From an uncultured Actinomycetes bacterium (GTDB lineage Bacteria; Actinomycetota; Thermoleophilia; UBA2241), in the NCBI GenBank assembly GCA_963755025.1, contig CAVWIH010000033.1, forward strand, positions 32,001 through 96,000: a DNA stretch of 64,000 nt, given 5' to 3'. Shown here one piece after another: positions 61,150 to 64,000 of the stretch. Position numbers and translations under genes: made by a program. How positions within the stretch are numbered: position 1 is the first letter of the stretch; each line of letters opens with the position of its first letter. Under the pieces are notes generated by a model. It was not told the DNA's origin. It saw nothing but the letters and a program-made list of their open reading frames with translations, and made no database searches.

Positions 61150-62126
61150 AGGTCGAGGTCGTGAAGGTCGAGGTCGCGTTGCCGGAGGGGCTCGCCCTTA
61201 CCATCGCCGACGGCGCCGCGGACGCTCCCGATGCCGGCGCCGATCGCCCCGACGGCATCCCGCTCGCCCACCGCTCCGCCCATGACGTCGGCGCTCACCC
61301 CTCCGCCCACCATGCCGGCGCTCACCGCTTCGCCCGCCGCGCCGCCGCCGCGCCGGCCTACCCGACGCGGCGCCTGCAGAAGGGGCTGCTGCTCAGCGCC
61401 GACGGCGCGCAGCTCGCCGAAGAGGGCGTGGGCTTTGGCGTGCCCATCCTCAAGCGCGGCCTCACCACCGTCTTTCCGGGCGGCGTCGCGCTGGCCGAGC
61501 GGCCGGTCGCCGGCGGCCGCGAGGTGATGGCCGTTTACGCCATGGACCTGGTCGAGCGGCTCGCCACCGCCGACGGCGCCGCCGTCGGCTCGCCGGCGTT
61601 GTACGTCGCCAAGAACTCGCTGGCGGTGCTCCACCGCCGCGCGCCCGTGCTGCGCGGCCCTCTGACCGCCGCCTCGAACGCCCTGCGTCGCTCGCTCGGC
61701 TGGGAGACGACCTTCACGGCCGAACCCTCGACTATGACCCTCAAGGCGACCTATACGATCCTTGAGGGTTGCGAAGGGGCGCGCGTCGGCGTGGCGGTCG
61801 AGCTCCCCGGCCTGCCCGACGACATCACCGAGGTGGTCCTCATGAACGAGCTCGGCGCGCGGCGCTTCGACCGCTACGTCGACAGCGACGGCGCCGACCT
61901 GCGGGGCCCGGCTATCGGCACCTGGGACCTGGTCACCGCCGACCAGGCGTCGTTCGTCTGCGACTCACAGCGCGCGGCGTTCTCGCTCGCGCAGGCGGCC
62001 GGCGCCACGCTGTACCGGGGCCGCGAGCTGATCGGTACGCGCCTGGCCTGGGCGGGCTTCGGCTACTCGCTGTCTCCGTCTCTGGGCGCTTTTGCCTACG
62101 AGCTCACGATCGCGCGGACCTCGTGA
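61146..62126 (+). CDS. Hypothetical protein coupled to the GT-C and radical SAM genes
   Basis: GTGA overlaps on both sides; EEGVGFGVPILK, YRGRE..RLAWAG. Confidence 0.68.
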   Translation: MKVEVVKVEVALPEGLALTIADGAADAPDAGADRPDGIPLAHRSAHDVGAHPSAHHAGAHRFARRAAAAPAYPTRRLQKGLLLSADGAQLAEEGVGFGVPILKRGLTTVFPGGVALAERPVAGGREVMAVYAMDLVERLATADGAAVGSPALYVAKNSLAVLHRRAPVLRGPLTAASNALRRSLGWETTFTAEPSTMTLKATYTILEGCEGARVGVAVELPGLPDDITEVVLMNELGARRFDRYVDSDGADLRGPAIGTWDLVTADQASFVCDSQRAAFSLAQAAGATLYRGRELIGTRLAWAGFGYSLSPSLGAFAYELTIARTS

Positions 62127-63540
62127 CGACAGTGCTCCTCATCTACCCGTTCTTCCTGGGGCGGCTCGACCGCTCGCGCTTTCGCTTTCCGCCGCTCGGG
62201 CCGGCCTACGTGGCCGCCGCGCTGCGCGCCGCCGGCCACGACGTCGACCTGCTCGACTGCACCTTCCTGAGCCGCGACGAGGCGCTCGGCCGGGCGCGGG
62301 CCTCGGGGGCGCGAGTCGTCGGCATCTACGCCATGGCTACGCTCGGCCCCGAGAGCCGCTGGTTCGCCGAGCGCCTGCGCGGGCGCTGCGACCTGCTGGT
62401 GGCCGGCGGCCCGCTGCCGACCTGCGAGCCCCTCGAGTTCGTGCAGCACTTCGACGCCGTCGTGCGCGGCGAGGGCGAGCAGGCCATGTGCGAGCTGGTT
62501 GCCGCCCACGAGGCGGGCGCCGACATCGGCGCCGTCGCCGGCGTCGTCACCCGAGCGACGGCGCCCGGCGCCGGCGCGGCGGGCCGGGCCGCCGCCGGTG
62601 GGCCGGCGCGTCCCGCGGTCGCCGCCGCCGCGGCGCCGTCGCGCCGCCCCGTCCCTTCGCCACCGACCTCGACGCGCTTGCCTTTCCGGCCCGCGACCTG
62701 CTGCCCAACGCGGCCTACATCGCCCACGGCCGCAAGAAGGACGGCCGCGCCGTCACCACGGTGATGAGCACGCGCGGCTGTCCCTTTGCCTGCGAGTTCT
62801 GCAGCAACGTGGTGTTCGGTCGCTCCTACCGCGAGCGCTCGCCGGGCAACGTGGTCGACGAGATCGAAGAGGCGCTCGCCCTGGGCTACGACCGCATCTC
62901 CTTTGCCGACGACGTCTTCACCCTCGACCGCCGCCGGGTGGCCGCCGTGTGCGACGAGATCGCGCGACGCGGCCTGCGCTTCACCTGGGAGTGCCTGGGG
63001 CGTGTCGACACGCTCGACGGCGAGACCGCACGGCGCATGCGGCAGGCCGGCTGCGACACCATCTTCTTCGGCATCGAGTCGGGCAACGACGCCGTGCTGC
63101 GCTTGATGGACAAGCAGATCACGACCGCCCAGGCGCGCGCCGCCGTCGAGGCCGCCCACGAGGCAGGGCTGCGGGTGGGCGCCTTCTTCATCGTCTACTA
63201 CCCCGGCGAGAGCGACGACACGGTGCTCGACACGCTGCGCTTCGCCGGCTCGCTGCCGCTCGACTACCTGGGCCTGACGATGCCCTACCCGCTGCCCGGC
63301 ACGGCGCTCACGGAGCGGCTCGCCGGCCGCACGCGGCGCGAGTGGCGCCAGCACGGCGGCCTGCTGACCGGCCACGCCCTCACCTTCGACGCCGACGTCT
63401 CGGCCACCAAGATGCGCGTCGCCATTCTCAAGGGGCACGTGCAGTTCGCGCTGCAGCGCCGGCTGGGGAAGAGGCTGGCGGCGCCGGCGCTGCGCGCCTT
63501 CGAGGTTCCTACCGACGCGCTCCTGCGGCGACTGCGCTGA
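62123..63540 (+). CDS. B12-binding-domain radical SAM protein (frameshift near 62645)
   Basis: PPLG..Y.AA, GGP.PT, GEGE, STRGCPFACEFC, F.DD.F, GIESG. Confidence 0.92.
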
Positions 63541-64000
63541 GCGCCGGCTCGAGGTCGAGACCGGGTTCCCGGCGGCGCCTGCGCCTGTTCTCGGCAAAGG
63601 CCGCGGTGGTCTCGGCGATGCGCCGCCGCAGCCAGTCGGCGTCGAACTGCGAGTGGTAGACGAAGGTCGTCTCGTTCTCTTCGTTCCAGTCGAGGCCGTC
63701 GTCGGGCCCGCCGAGGCGCCGGAAGAGCGTGGAGCCGGGCAGCGGGAAGGGCACGTTGAACGAGATCTCGTCGAGCGGCAGGGCCAGGGCCAGCGCGAAG
63801 GTCTGCTCGACCGCGGGGACGGTCTCGCCCGGGTAGCCCACGATGAAGAAGCCGGCCACCTCGATGCCGGCCTCGCGGTAGAGGCTCACGGCGCGGATGC
63901 CGTCGCCCACTGTTACCTGCTTGTTCATGAGGGCGAGCGTCGCCTGGCTGCCCGACTCGAGGCCCAGGTAGACGCGCCGGCAGCCGGCCTCCCGCATGAG
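63509..64000 (-). CDS. C-terminal part of a second, related radical SAM protein (truncated by the window)
   Basis: AGCRRVYLGLESGS, FFIVGYPGET, PFPLPGS. Confidence 0.85.
   Translation of the reverse strand, partial: LMREAGCRRVYLGLESGSQATLALMNKQVTVGDGIRAVSLYREAGIEVAGFFIVGYPGETVPAVEQTFALALALPLDEISFNVPFPLPGSTLFRRLGGPDDGLDWNEENETTFVYHSQFDADWLRRRIAETTAAFAENRRRRRREPGLDLEPALSAVAAGARR

Overview
Very GC-rich chromosomal segment from a monoderm actinobacterium. Fused PafBC, C-terminally anchored solute-binding proteins, MttB paralogs and a dcw cluster without ftsA suggest a deep-branching lineage such as Thermoleophilia (inference). Many genes, including essential ftsI, murE, ftsW, ftsZ and secD, are split by frameshifts that are most simply long-read indel errors. 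Contents in order: GAF-GGDEF cyclase; orphan OppA-like protein; TMEM175 channel; AlkD; GAF-PP2C phosphatase; a long minus-strand run (Orr-like racemase, 2x non-pyrrolysine MttB, GNAT, fused PafBC, membrane protein, LarA, site-2 protease) divergent from a D-Orn/D-Lys decarboxylase-like gene; an Rrf2-cysK-larE-cysE operon; an archaeal-like DUF211/VIT1 pair; pcrA; a promoter- and terminator-bounded ~315-nt structured RNA with a 6C-like module; crotonase; T4-endoV-like glycosylase; otsB; pyrF; LysM protein; the dcw cluster with a ~270-nt structured insert between mraY and murD; secDF; two STAS genes flanking a Zn-finger gene; and a GT-C plus two radical SAM genes. No CRISPR array, tRNA, rRNA or transposase was seen. 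All family assignments come from motif recognition, not database searches.
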